Assembly: GCA_031409855.1 (NCBI GenBank)
Contig: JANNYA010000215.1
Coordinates: 10,260-74,259 of the forward strand
From: Rhodanobacteraceae bacterium
GTDB lineage: Bacteria > Pseudomonadota > Gammaproteobacteria > Xanthomonadales > SZUA-5
Direction: 5' to 3'
Length of the DNA stretch: 64,000 bases
Positions 10,922 to 20,665 of the stretch are shown here, piece by piece. The notes under the pieces were generated by a model. It was given only the letters and a program-made list of their open reading frames with translations, was not told the DNA's origin and ran no database searches. A program made the translations under genes and the position numbers. Numbering within the stretch: the first letter of the stretch is position 1; the number at the start of each line of letters is the position of its first letter.

Positions 10922-11530
10922 TCAGCCGTGCAGCCAATTGGCTTTCGCGTCTTTAACCAAAAATTCTGCGGTATTAAGTCCAGCAAGCTTGATCAAATAA
11001 ATCGCTGCATCGATAAAATACATATCTTTCGGCGCATTACGGGTAAGCCAACGATAGTTGCCTTGACGTGTGCCTTCTAAGGTCCAAAGGTTGCCCGAGT
11101 CGCCCTGAAAGTTATCCACGGTTGGCATGCGCCAAAAATCCGCGATGCGCATATACGCACGAAATAGCGACACTTGCTCACCGCTCAGTGCTTTTACAAT
11201 TGGCGCGCCGGTACGCAGTGCCTCCGCCGCCAGTTCACCCTTGCTGCCAGTGCTAAATCGCTGACTCAGCAAGAAAGCGCTGCCGTCGGGGCGAACGTTC
11301 AGTCGTAATAGCAAGCCTTCACCTTTTTTAGGCTGCCAGACAAAGCGATAGGCCTCAAAGCCGCGAACTTTGGATTGCTGATACAAAGATGGCTCCCCCA
11401 AGCCATCCAATTTCATCGGGAGCGCCTGTTCATCAGCGCGCATGGCAAGGCTGCTATTCGAGCTGAAAAGCAACGCTATGAAAAGTAACGCTGCGGCAAA
11501 CTGGATGGAAGCAAGCACAGGCGCTCGCAT
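10922..11530 (-). CDS. Exported hypothetical protein
   Basis: ATG 4 nt after the mdh stop; signal-peptide-like MRAPVLASIQFAAALLFIALLFSSNSSLA. Confidence 0.7.
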   Translation of the reverse strand: MRAPVLASIQFAAALLFIALLFSSNSSLAMRADEQALPMKLDGLGEPSLYQQSKVRGFEAYRFVWQPKKGEGLLLRLNVRPDGSAFLLSQRFSTGSKGELAAEALRTGAPIVKALSGEQVSLFRAYMRIADFWRMPTVDNFQGDSGNLWTLEGTRQGNYRWLTRNAPKDMYFIDAAIYLIKLAGLNTAEFLVKDAKANWLHG

Positions 11531-11534
11531 GGTC

Positions 11535-12521
11535 TTACGCTTTAGGAAATAAGTGCTCAACCGCCGCACGCTCTTCGCGCAGCTCTTTCTCGGTCGCACT
11601 CATGCGCTCTCGGCTGAATTCGCCGATTTCTAAACCCTGCACGATTTCATATTTGCCATCTTTGCAAACGCACGGATAGCTATAAATCACGCCTGGCTCA
11701 ATGCCATAGCTGCCGTCGGATGGAATGCCCATCGAGACGAAATCGCCTTCTGCGGTGCCTAAAGCCCAGCTGTGCATATGATCGATGGCCGCACTCGCGG
11801 CGCTGGCGGCTGAGGACAAACCACGCGCTTCGATGATCGCAGCGCCTCGCTTTTGTACGGTCGGGATAAAGTTGGACTTGACCCAGTCCACATCGACCAA
11901 ACTAGTGGCGGCCTTGCCGTCTACGAGGCAATGGTGAATATCTGGATATTGCGTGGCGCTGTGATTGCCCCAGATGATCATCTTGCTGATTTGTGTCGTG
12001 TGCGTGCCGGTTTTTTCCGCCAACTGGCTAAGCGCGCGGTTGTGATCTAGGCGCGTCATTGCGGTGAACTGCGCCGGATTGATGGATGGCGCATTCTTTT
12101 GCGCGATCAAGGAATTGGTGTTGGCTGGATTACCAACAACCAAGACTTTGATATTGCGACTTGCGTGTTGATCAATCGCTCGGCCTTGCACCGAGAAAAT
12201 TGCCGAGTTAGCTTCCAATAAATCTTTGCGCTCCATGCCAGGTCCGCGTGGGCGCGCGCCAACTAACAAGGCGTAGTCGGCGTCTTTAAACGCGACGTTG
12301 GGATCATCAGTGGCGACAATGCCAGCCAGCGTTGGAAATGCACAGTCGTTAAGTTCCATCACCACGCCTGCCAAATTCTTCAGTGCCGGCGTAATTTCGA
12401 GCAGCTGCAAAATAATAGGCTGATCTTTTCCCAGCATTTCGCCTGCAGCGATGCGAAAAATTAGCGAATAGCCAATTTGCCCAGCGGCACCGGTGACGAC
12501 GACTCGAACAGGTTGTTTCAT
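11535..12521 (-). CDS. mdh: Malate dehydrogenase
   Basis: [48 protein letters not shown]. Confidence 0.98.
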   Translation of the reverse strand: MKQPVRVVVTGAAGQIGYSLIFRIAAGEMLGKDQPIILQLLEITPALKNLAGVVMELNDCAFPTLAGIVATDDPNVAFKDADYALLVGARPRGPGMERKDLLEANSAIFSVQGRAIDQHASRNIKVLVVGNPANTNSLIAQKNAPSINPAQFTAMTRLDHNRALSQLAEKTGTHTTQISKMIIWGNHSATQYPDIHHCLVDGKAATSLVDVDWVKSNFIPTVQKRGAAIIEARGLSSAASAASAAIDHMHSWALGTAEGDFVSMGIPSDGSYGIEPGVIYSYPCVCKDGKYEIVQGLEIGEFSRERMSATEKELREERAAVEHLFPKA

Positions 12522-12569
12522 GGGAATTGCTCCAGGTGAGTATGATTAAAAGGGCGGTATAAGGAAAAA

Positions 12570-13766
12570 CTAGGCAAGCTCAGCAAAAAATTCTTTGAAT
12601 CGGCGCAGACCTTCCGTCAGTTCCGAAGGCTTACAAGTGTACGAAATACGCAAGCCTTTGGCTTCACCAAATGCGCTGCCCGGCACGCACGCCACACCTT
12701 TAGCTTCCAAAAGCTGATTGCAAAAATCAACATCGGTGTTGATAGCCACGCCGTTGTGGCTTTTGCCAAACGCGCAGCTAATGTTTGGGAACGCGTAAAA
12801 TGCCCCTTGCGGCAACGGGCAGATCAGGCCTGGTATCTGTGCAAAGCAAGCCATGACCTCGTCGCGCTTTAATTGAAACTCTTTCGCCTTTTGCGCAGGT
12901 ATGTCTTGCGGCCCAGTGAGTGCCGCGATCGCTGCGGCAATCGTTACTTCCGGGACATTGGTCAAATGATTTGAGTTCAAAGCCACTAACGCACTGGCCA
13001 GTTCCGCCGGGCCAGCCATAAAGCCGACGCGCCAACCGGGCATCCCATAGGTTTTTGACAGCGAATCTAAGATCAACGTGCGATCACGCAAACTAGGTTG
13101 GCATTGCACCAAGTGTTTCCAGCCTAAGCCGTCAAAAATCATCTGGTTATAGATGTCATCACTCAACACCCAGCAATTTTTACGCGCCAAAACTTCGGCA
13201 ATGGCGGCAACTTCATCAGCCGTATAAACCATGCCGGTTGGGTTTGATGGGTTATTAAACATAAACACTTTCGTGTCGGGGCCGACCGCCGCGTCGATTT
13301 GCGCCGGTGTCACTTTATAGTTTTGTTCAGGCCCGCAGTTTAGCAAGGTAATTTTGGCGCCCAAGATATGTGCGATGTCGACATAGCTCGTCCAGTACGG
13401 CGTTGGAAACACAATCTCATCGCCCTCATCCAACATCGCATACAGCGCGTTAAACAGCACGAATTTAGCGCCCATCCCGATCACAATGTTTTTACGCTCG
13501 TAACCTTCAATGCCGTTGCGCTTAAGATGCAGCAAAAACGCATCCAGCAAAGCATCCGGGCCACGGTTGCTGCCGTATTGGCCAGAATCTTTGGTTAGCA
13601 TCTCGCGTGCGGCGGCGTAAACGTGTTCACCGGGCAAGAAATTTGGCACGCCGATAGAAAAACTGATGATGTCGCGGCCTTGTGCTTTCAAGGCTTTGGC
13701 TTTTTCAGCCACCGCCATAATCGCGCTCGGCACCGCGCGCTTGGTACGTTCGGCAAGCTTGGGCAT
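12570..13766 (-). CDS. PLP-dependent aminotransferase class I/II (aspartate aminotransferase-like)
   Basis: NNPSNPTG, SDDIY, SLSKTYGMPGWRVG, VPGSAFG. Confidence 0.93.
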   Translation of the reverse strand: MPKLAERTKRAVPSAIMAVAEKAKALKAQGRDIISFSIGVPNFLPGEHVYAAAREMLTKDSGQYGSNRGPDALLDAFLLHLKRNGIEGYERKNIVIGMGAKFVLFNALYAMLDEGDEIVFPTPYWTSYVDIAHILGAKITLLNCGPEQNYKVTPAQIDAAVGPDTKVFMFNNPSNPTGMVYTADEVAAIAEVLARKNCWVLSDDIYNQMIFDGLGWKHLVQCQPSLRDRTLILDSLSKTYGMPGWRVGFMAGPAELASALVALNSNHLTNVPEVTIAAAIAALTGPQDIPAQKAKEFQLKRDEVMACFAQIPGLICPLPQGAFYAFPNISCAFGKSHNGVAINTDVDFCNQLLEAKGVACVPGSAFGEAKGLRISYTCKPSELTEGLRRFKEFFAELA

Positions 13767-13798
13767 TCGGATTCCGCTCAATTTAGTAAGTTTGGAAT

Positions 13799-13883
13799 GT
13801 TTTGCTGAGGCAAAACAGACTTGGTTTCAAAGTTTTGCCAGGGCAAAACAGGTTTGGATTTAATTGTTTTACTATGGCAAAAC
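13799..13883. promoter_or_regulatory. Three 18-bp palindromes GTTTT(G/A)C-N4-GCAAAAC upstream of the aminotransferase
   Basis: Copies at 13799-13816, 13832-13849 and 13866-13883. Confidence 0.6.
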
Positions 13884-13932
13884 TAGATGTGGCGTACCCG
13901 ATCTAGCGGCACGCCGTCGTGTGATCTCTAGT

Positions 13933-14454
13933 TTAGCGTTTGGTTAATGCCGCATTCCAGGCGGTCAAGCGCGCTTGAACTTTTGCATTTGCGAATAATG
14001 CGGTGCTGTCGCCTTCAATACTGACTTTGCCCATTTTATCGCCTTGGCGCACCGCATCAACAACCGATTGACCTTCGATGACTTCACCGAAAACCGAATG
14101 TTTGCCATCCAAATGCGGGGTTGGCACATGCGTGATAAAAAATTGGCTGCCGTTGGTGCCTGAGCCATCAAAACTCTTGCCAGCATTGGCCATTGAGAGG
14201 ATGCCAGGCTTGTTATGTTTGAGCGTTGCGACGATTTCATCGTCAAATTTGTAGCCTGGGCCACCCGTGCCCGAGCCCTGTGGGCAGCCAGCCTGAACCA
14301 TAAAGTCGGCGATCACGCGATGAAAATTTAAGCCGTCGTAGTAGCCTTTTTGCGCTAGGTTGACAAAGTTGGCGACCGTGATCGGCGCTTGCTCGTCAAA
14401 AAGTCGGATTTTAATGTTGCCACGGGCGGTTAAGATGTTGGCGATAAGGCTCAT
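13933..14454 (-). CDS. Cyclophilin-type peptidyl-prolyl isomerase
   Basis: [48 protein letters not shown]. Confidence 0.96.
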   Translation of the reverse strand: MSLIANILTARGNIKIRLFDEQAPITVANFVNLAQKGYYDGLNFHRVIADFMVQAGCPQGSGTGGPGYKFDDEIVATLKHNKPGILSMANAGKSFDGSGTNGSQFFITHVPTPHLDGKHSVFGEVIEGQSVVDAVRQGDKMGKVSIEGDSTALFANAKVQARLTAWNAALTKR

Positions 14455-14584
14455 AGGGTTTGCTTTATGAAGTTACAAAAAAGGAGCCGCATCATATGAC
14501 TTCGACAAACTAATTTCAGCGAAAAATCGCAGAATCCGCACGTCCATGATGCAAGTACGGGTTCGTGTTAATGAATTTTTGGGC

Positions 14585-14612
14585 AAAAAAAAGGCCCGTT
14601 ACCGGACCTTTT
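14585..14612 (-). terminator. Intrinsic terminator after the Ala-rich lipoprotein gene
   Basis: Minus strand AAGGTCCG-GTAA-CGGGCCTT followed by a T run. Confidence 0.8.
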
Positions 14613-14630
14613 CTATTTGATCAACAAAGC

Positions 14631-15020
14631 TTATTGCTTTGGTGGCTCAGTTGTAGCCGGTGCAGCAGCGGCTGCGTCGGTTGCAGCAGCGGCAGCGTCG
14701 GTTGCGGCAGCAGCAGCGTCAGTCGCCATTGCGCCAGCGTCGGTTGCAGCAGCAGCAGCGTCGGTCGCCATTGCGCCAGCGTCAGCGGCCATTGCGCCTG
14801 CATCGGCAGCAGCATCAGTTGCGGTTGCCGCAGCGTCAGTTGCCATTGCAGCGGCGTCGGTTGCAACGGCAGCAGCATCGGTCGCTACAGCAGCGGCAGC
14901 GTCAACTGCGGGTGCAGTGATTTCTGTTGCAGCAGGCGCAGCTGGAGTTTCAGCAGCATCACCACAAGCGGCGAGAGCAGCGGCCATAGCGGCAGCGAGA
15001 GCAATTTTAGAAAAGTTCAT
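14631..15020 (-). CDS. Ala-rich repeat lipoprotein
   Basis: Lipobox LAAC; about ten heptad repeats of ATDAAA(A/M/V) or ATDAGAM; RBS GGAGA upstream; terminator downstream. Confidence 0.85.
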   Translation of the reverse strand: MNFSKIALAAAMAAALAACGDAAETPAAPAATEITAPAVDAAAAVATDAAAVATDAAAMATDAAATATDAAADAGAMAADAGAMATDAAAAATDAGAMATDAAAAATDAAAAATDAAAAAPATTEPPKQ

Positions 15021-15087
15021 TGGGATTCTCCAGTTTAAAAAAAAGACACACCAAACGAAGCTTGGCGCATTTAAGGGGCGACGAAGT

Positions 15088-16263
15088 CTAAACGATTTCT
15101 AGCGCAATTGCGGTAGCTTCACCGCCGCCGATGCAAAGGCTAGCTATCCCGCGTTTAAGTCCACGGGCCTTGAGCGCGTGAATCAAGGTCACGATCACGC
15201 GTGCACCGCTGGCGCCGATTGGGTGCCCCAGTGCGCAGGCGCCGCCGTTGACGTTTAATTTTTCATGCGGGATTTTTAGATCCTGCATTGCGGCCATCGC
15301 AACCACCGCAAAAGCCTCGTTAACTTCAAATAAATCAACGTCTTGTACTGACCAACCGCACTTCTCCATGAGCTTGGAAATTGCTAAGACGGGGGCTGTG
15401 GTAAACCACTCTGGTGCTTGGCCGTGGGTGGCGTGTGCCACTATTTTTGCGATTGGAGTGGCGCCCATTGCTTGTGCATCGGCCGCATTTGCAAGCACCA
15501 AGGCCGCCGCACCATCGGATATTTTGCTGGAACTGGCCGCTGTTAGTGTGCCGTCTTTCTTAAATGCAGGCTTAAGCGATGAAATTTTCGAGGTGTCGCA
15601 GTTGCCTGGTTCCTCATCGACGTTGACGATGACATCGCCTTTACGCCCAGAAACCGTGACCGGCGTGATTTCGCCGACGAACGCGCCTGCCGCAATGGCC
15701 GCAAGTGCGCGCTCGACGCTGGTTTTAGAAAACGCATCCTGATCGGCGCGGCTAAAGCTGTACTTATCCGCGCAAACTTCGCCAAATTCGCCCATGGCTT
15801 TACGGTCAGCCGCATTTTGTAGGCCATCTAACGCCATATGGTCCAGGATTTCGCCGTGGCCAAAACGATAACCGCTGCGGGCTTTGGTCAACATATAAGG
15901 TGCATTCGTCATCGATTCCATGCCGCCTGCAACCACCACTGACGCGCTGCCTGCGCGGATCGCATCAAAGCCCTGCATCACCGCTTTCATGCCTGAGCCA
16001 CACACCTTACTAATAGTGCTACAGCCAACTGACTCTGGCACGCCGCCGCCCAAAGACGCTTGGCGCGCGGGTGCTTGCCCGAGGGCTGCGGATAAAACGC
16101 AGCCCATCAGCACTTCTGAGATCGATTCCGGCTTTATATTGGCAGCAGCAACCGCCGCGCGGATTGCGCTCGCACCGAGCATTGGGGACGCGACACCGGC
16201 GAAAACGCCGTTAAATGAGCCTATAGCGGTACGCTTCGCGCTAAGTACAACGACATCGTTCAT
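15088..16263 (-). CDS. Acetyl-CoA C-acetyltransferase (thiolase II)
   Basis: SKVCGSGM, EVNEAFA, GHPIGASG, SLCIGGG. Confidence 0.95.
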   Translation of the reverse strand: MNDVVVLSAKRTAIGSFNGVFAGVASPMLGASAIRAAVAAANIKPESISEVLMGCVLSAALGQAPARQASLGGGVPESVGCSTISKVCGSGMKAVMQGFDAIRAGSASVVVAGGMESMTNAPYMLTKARSGYRFGHGEILDHMALDGLQNAADRKAMGEFGEVCADKYSFSRADQDAFSKTSVERALAAIAAGAFVGEITPVTVSGRKGDVIVNVDEEPGNCDTSKISSLKPAFKKDGTLTAASSSKISDGAAALVLANAADAQAMGATPIAKIVAHATHGQAPEWFTTAPVLAISKLMEKCGWSVQDVDLFEVNEAFAVVAMAAMQDLKIPHEKLNVNGGACALGHPIGASGARVIVTLIHALKARGLKRGIASLCIGGGEATAIALEIV

Positions 16264-16302
16264 TGCGGAACTCCTTTTTTATCTGTGGGTGAAACGGAAA
16301 AC

Positions 16303-16342
16303 TATGAGTTTGTCTAACAACTTATGAGTTTGTTTAAAAACT
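16303..16342. repeat. 20-bp tandem direct repeat in the thiolase/rplS divergent intergenic region
   Basis: TATGAGTTTGTCTAACAACT followed by TATGAGTTTGTTTAAAAACT (2 mismatches). Confidence 0.7.
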
Positions 16343-16507
16343 TAGGCTTGGTGGCCCCAAACATCAAGTGCTACGGGTTTTGACGCTGCGCAGCATAAAC
16401 GAAACTTGACGCGCGCATGCAGACTAGTATCGGATGCTGGCACTTTGTCGCAACACCGTTTATAGTCGGCGGCTAAGATTTTAGTCCATGGAAAGGGCAA
16501 CGCAGCT

Positions 16508-16861
16508 ATGAACATTATTGAAACACTCGAAAAAGAAATGATGACGCGGCAGTTGCCGAATTTTCGTCCAGGTGACACGGTCGTTGTCAACGTCAAGGTT
16601 AAAGAAGGTACGCGTGAACGCGTGCAGGCTTTTGAAGGCATCGTTATCGGTCGTAAAGACCGCGGCTTTAATTCCGCATTTACCGTCCTTAAAAACAGTC
16701 ACGGCGTCAAAGTGGAGCGAGTTTTCCAAAGCTTTAGCCCAGTGATTGATTCGGTTCAAATTAAGCGCCGTGGCAAGGTTCGTGCCGCGAAACTGTACTA
16801 CTTGCGCGAATTGACTGGCAAGGCTGCACGTATTAAGGAAGATTTGGGCGCTGCGCTCTAA
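16508..16861 (+). CDS. rplS: 50S ribosomal protein L19
   Basis: [34 protein letters not shown]. Confidence 0.99.
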   Translation: MNIIETLEKEMMTRQLPNFRPGDTVVVNVKVKEGTRERVQAFEGIVIGRKDRGFNSAFTVLKNSHGVKVERVFQSFSPVIDSVQIKRRGKVRAAKLYYLRELTGKAARIKEDLGAAL

Positions 16862-16881
16862 GCGTTATCGTTTAAGCTTTC

Positions 16882-16914
16882 AAAAAATTCCCCGCCTTGT
16901 GTGGGGTTTTTTTT
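16882..16914 (+). terminator. Intrinsic terminator after rplS
   Basis: CCCCGC/GTGGGG stem followed by a T run, with an A run on the 5' side. Confidence 0.75.
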
Positions 16915-16955
16915 GTCTGCACGCTGTTGATTTAGTTGATGATTTATAGGGATTT

Positions 16956-19250
16956 ATGGTCATGCGAATAAAGTTTTGGACACCACTGTGCTTCTTGATG
17001 CTCAGTGTTTCGGCGCTCGCTGATTCTTTAGCAACGCAGGCGGCGATTGCACCAACGTCGAGAACGCCGGCGAAAGTCGAGCGTATCGGGCTCGTGCTCG
17101 GCGGCGGCGGCGCGCGCGGTGCTGCGCATGTCGGCGTGCTGAAAGTGCTTGAGCGCGAAAACGTCAAGATTGACTTTATTGCTGGCAATTCCATGGGTGC
17201 GATCGTCGGTGGCCTTTACGCGGCGGGCTATAAAGCGAAAGACGTTGAGCGCATTTTGAGCACTACCAATTGGGAGGATATTCTCAATGACTCGCCCAGC
17301 CGTGCGATACAGCCGATGGAGCGGAAAATCGACAGTTTTGGGCTGCTTGATGGTATTCAGCTGGGCATTGACGCAAACGGCCTCAAATTGCCACGCGGCT
17401 TGATTCAGGGGCAAAAGCTATTGATGACTTTTCGCCGTCATTTAATGCCGGTGGCTGACGTTGATGACTTCGATAAGCTGGCAATTCCGTTTCGATGCGT
17501 GGCTAGTGATCTTGCCAACGGCAGCGCGGTAGTGTTTAGAAAAGGTGATTTGCCCTTTGCCATTCGCGCCAGCATGAGCGTACCTGCGGTGTTTCAGCCA
17601 GTCAAAGACGATCAAGGGCGTATGCTTGTGGATGGCATGGTCGCCGCGAACGTGCCGATTGAAATTGCGCGCGAGATGGGTGCAACGCGGCTAATTGTCG
17701 TCGATGTGGGTGAGTCCTTGCTGGAAACGAAGGACATAAACTCCCCGATCAGCGTCACCAATCAAGTGTTGTCTATTTTGCTTAACCGTAAAACTGAAGC
17801 GGATTTGAAAACACTGTCCGAGCGTGATCTTTTAATTCGCCCTGAGCTTGGCGCGACCACGGCAGCAGACTTTCCGTTAACGCCACAAATTATTGCCATG
17901 GGCGAACGTGCCGCAGAAGCCGCGCTGGCAAAAATTCGTTTGTTTTCAAGCGATACCGCGACTTACGCAGAGTTCACCGCATCACATAAGCTACCCACCA
18001 GCACCGCCGAACGCATTGCGTTTTTGCGCGTGACGACTGGACGCAGCCGCACGGTGGGCAATGTAGAAGCGCAACTTTCCCCCTTACTAGGCCGGAAGTT
18101 AAATCCCAAAAAAATCGAGCGTGCGATTCAATCGGTTTATGGCGATGGCCGCTACGAACGCATTAGCTACAAAACCGAGCGTGACTCGAATGGCCGTCTC
18201 GGCATTGCAATATTGCCTGTGGACAAGGGCTGGGGGCCAAATTTCCTGCGCTTTGGTTTGGCGCTTGACGATGATTTCCAGGGTAATAACAACTATCGCT
18301 TAAGTGCTGAGTTACGGCTAACCGGGCGCAACGTCCATGGCGGCGAATGGCGAAACCGCGTTGATTTGGGTAAAGAAAGTGGCTTGCGCACGGAATTTTG
18401 GCAGCCTTACGGCTCGCGCAGCCAGTTTTATGTACGCCCATCTCTTGACGCACGCACCACGTTGCGGCGAATTGGGCTAACGCAAGCCGAGCAGGGCGAC
18501 ACTGAATCGGATGCAACGCTGGGTGAATTTCGGCAGCGTAGCTACGCCGCTGGCCTAGAAACAGGCTTTGACTTTACCGTCAAACAGCGTTTACGTGCGG
18601 ACATAACGCGCGAACGCGACGACCTTCGGCTGCAAATTGGCACTGCCGCGTCAAATTTGCCGGTATTGAGCGAAAGCTTGAGGTTTGGCCTAGGCTATTT
18701 GTATGACTCGCTCGACGACGTTGCTTTTCCAAGCGGCGGCTTGCGCGCAGACGTTGGCTATCGGCGCTACTTTGATGCCTTTGGTGGCACGGCTTCCGCT
18801 CAGGGCATACGTACCAGCGTCGACTACGCGCACAGTTTCGGCGCCCATACGCTGTTGGTCGGCGCACGCTTGAGCCGCCCATTGGGTAGGGCGAATGGCG
18901 TATTGCAAATTTACGACAGCATCGGCGGCTTCGCGAAATTATCCGGTTTTAGTGAGGACATTCGCTACGGCCAAGCAAATGCGCTGGGCCGCCTTATTTA
19001 CTACCGACGCTTTGCTCGGGCCGACAAATTGTTTGATTCGCCCGTCTATATCGGTGCCACCCTAGAGCGCGGCAACGCGTGGCTAGACGCGAAAGACGCC
19101 TGTGCCTGTGATTTGCTTACCGCTGGCAGCGTGTTTTTTGGCGCCGATACGTTTTTTGGGCCGATGTATTTAGGCTATGGCCGCGCGAGTTCTGGCGATG
19201 ACGCGGTTTACCTGAGCTTTGGTAGTTTGGCGTTTGGGCGGCAGCGCTAG
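16956..19250 (+). CDS. Patatin-like phospholipase with POTRA and beta-barrel domains (PlpD/type Vd-like)
   Basis: Signal peptide; GGGGARG, GNSMG, ASMSVPAVF, VDG; long C-terminal amphipathic beta region. Confidence 0.88.
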   Translation: MVMRIKFWTPLCFLMLSVSALADSLATQAAIAPTSRTPAKVERIGLVLGGGGARGAAHVGVLKVLERENVKIDFIAGNSMGAIVGGLYAAGYKAKDVERILSTTNWEDILNDSPSRAIQPMERKIDSFGLLDGIQLGIDANGLKLPRGLIQGQKLLMTFRRHLMPVADVDDFDKLAIPFRCVASDLANGSAVVFRKGDLPFAIRASMSVPAVFQPVKDDQGRMLVDGMVAANVPIEIAREMGATRLIVVDVGESLLETKDINSPISVTNQVLSILLNRKTEADLKTLSERDLLIRPELGATTAADFPLTPQIIAMGERAAEAALAKIRLFSSDTATYAEFTASHKLPTSTAERIAFLRVTTGRSRTVGNVEAQLSPLLGRKLNPKKIERAIQSVYGDGRYERISYKTERDSNGRLGIAILPVDKGWGPNFLRFGLALDDDFQGNNNYRLSAELRLTGRNVHGGEWRNRVDLGKESGLRTEFWQPYGSRSQFYVRPSLDARTTLRRIGLTQAEQGDTESDATLGEFRQRSYAAGLETGFDFTVKQRLRADITRERDDLRLQIGTAASNLPVLSESLRFGLGYLYDSLDDVAFPSGGLRADVGYRRYFDAFGGTASAQGIRTSVDYAHSFGAHTLLVGARLSRPLGRANGVLQIYDSIGGFAKLSGFSEDIRYGQANALGRLIYYRRFARADKLFDSPVYIGATLERGNAWLDAKDACACDLLTAGSVFFGADTFFGPMYLGYGRASSGDDAVYLSFGSLAFGRQR

Positions 19251-19277
19251 GACCTCAAAAGCACAGACTGTTGAAAG

Positions 19278-19940
19278 TTAAAGTGACATCAACGTAAATC
19301 CAAATGCCAACACACCCGAACCTCCGGTCAATGCTGCCAGCAAGAGCCTGGATCGGCGCATTTCAGTCCAGAGCAAAACACCAGTAATCGTCAGCATGAT
19401 TAGTGCCCCGCCGAGCGTGTCAACAAGTAAGACCCAAGCCACGCTCATGCCCACACCTTTGTGCAGGCGATTTATAAAAGCAAAGGCGTTAGCGTCCTGG
19501 CGTTTAACTGACACGAACTGATTTCCGACAAAATATTCGGTAGTAACTGAATACTGCGGGCCGTGGAAATCAATTTTCCACAGACTCGGCTGCTGCACTG
19601 TTAGACCATTCCAAAGTACGTCCTTGACCGGAAGCACTTCGATTTTAAATGGCGTTCTTTGAAAACCCAGCCGCGCCTGCAGCCAGGTACTCAGGGCTTG
19701 CGGCGTGGTGAGTGCATGATCTGCCACGCTAAGCACCATCTCGCGCTCCTCCAGTTGGGCGAGCGGCAACTTCATCACATGGCGATGGTTAAGCAAAATT
19801 CCCGAAACGCCAAACAACAAGCCTAATCCAGCGCCCCACAGCCCAAGCCAACCGTGTACGTTGCGCAACCATCGCAGGAATCGCCCGCGCTCGGTGCGCG
19901 CTGCGGCACGCTGGAGCATGCCTGATTGCGTAATCGACAC
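19278..19940 (-). CDS. PepSY-associated TM helix protein
   Basis: LRNVHGWLGLW, SGILLNH, RLHKG, ITGVLLW. Confidence 0.8.
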   Translation of the reverse strand: MSITQSGMLQRAAARTERGRFLRWLRNVHGWLGLWGAGLGLLFGVSGILLNHRHVMKLPLAQLEEREMVLSVADHALTTPQALSTWLQARLGFQRTPFKIEVLPVKDVLWNGLTVQQPSLWKIDFHGPQYSVTTEYFVGNQFVSVKRQDANAFAFINRLHKGVGMSVAWVLLVDTLGGALIMLTITGVLLWTEMRRSRLLLAALTGGSGVLAFGFTLMSL

Positions 19941-20611
19941 TACTTATTGACCAGGGACAAGGTGCTGACGTGACGTACATTTTGGTACGTCACATTTTGA
20001 AAAGTGCCTGGTTTAGCCTCCAAATGCACGACTTTGAGCACATAAACGCCTGGCCAAGGCATCTTAAAGCTGACTTCGCCGCCCGCACCGATATCAAGTT
20101 CTTGCATCCAGTGGTTCGGCGCAATGACAAAAACTTTGCCTTTGGGCAATGGCGCGCCGTTCAGCAGCACGCGCACTTTAGTCGCGCCTATAGGCTGAAT
20201 ATCGAGCGCTAGATTTGACCCCGCTTCGGGTGTACCTGAGCCGAGTCGGGTGTAATACATGGGCTTAACGATGCCAAAGTAGTTCGCGCTGAGGTCCTGC
20301 ACTGGCAGGCTGAGTTCCGTTGCGATTACAGGTTGACCAGCAGCGCCGTTGATGACGATGTGATCATCGGCACGTTTGAGCGGTAATACTTCGCCAGGTT
20401 TGCCCAGCACTTGCGCCACCGGCGCTGCAATTGTGTCCAGTCGGCCCCCGGCTTTTTCGATTAGGCCACCTTCGTATTCTCCAAAAAAAAGCTTGGTTTG
20501 CGCGCCTGCGCGCTCTAGCCATAAAAAATGCGCTTGCGCTAAATTTGGTTGCAGCAGCGCTACCGCAATAATGGCTTGAAGTAGGTGTATTGACTTGAAT
20601 TTCGTGTTCAT
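19940..20611 (-). CDS. DUF4198-like periplasmic protein
   Basis: Signal peptide then AHFLWLE; WPGVYVL; lies between the TonB receptor and PepSY genes; start 20611 or 20653. Confidence 0.7.
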   Translation of the reverse strand: MNTKFKSIHLLQAIIAVALLQPNLAQAHFLWLERAGAQTKLFFGEYEGGLIEKAGGRLDTIAAPVAQVLGKPGEVLPLKRADDHIVINGAAGQPVIATELSLPVQDLSANYFGIVKPMYYTRLGSGTPEAGSNLALDIQPIGATKVRVLLNGAPLPKGKVFVIAPNHWMQELDIGAGGEVSFKMPWPGVYVLKVVHLEAKPGTFQNVTYQNVRHVSTLSLVNK

Positions 20612-20665
20612 TGTTTGCTTCCTAAGTACTGATGAAATTTTATTGGGAATCAAAGACTGGCTAAC

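Noticed and set aside
13799-13883. Mini CRISPR array
   Set aside because: Repeats are 18 bp, the 15-16 bp linkers resemble each other, and no cas genes are in the window
14565-15102. Several overlapping Ser/Cys-, Gln/Arg- and Ala-rich ORFs
   Set aside because: Alternative frames of the repetitive lipoprotein gene; only 14631-15020 (-) has an RBS, lipobox and terminator
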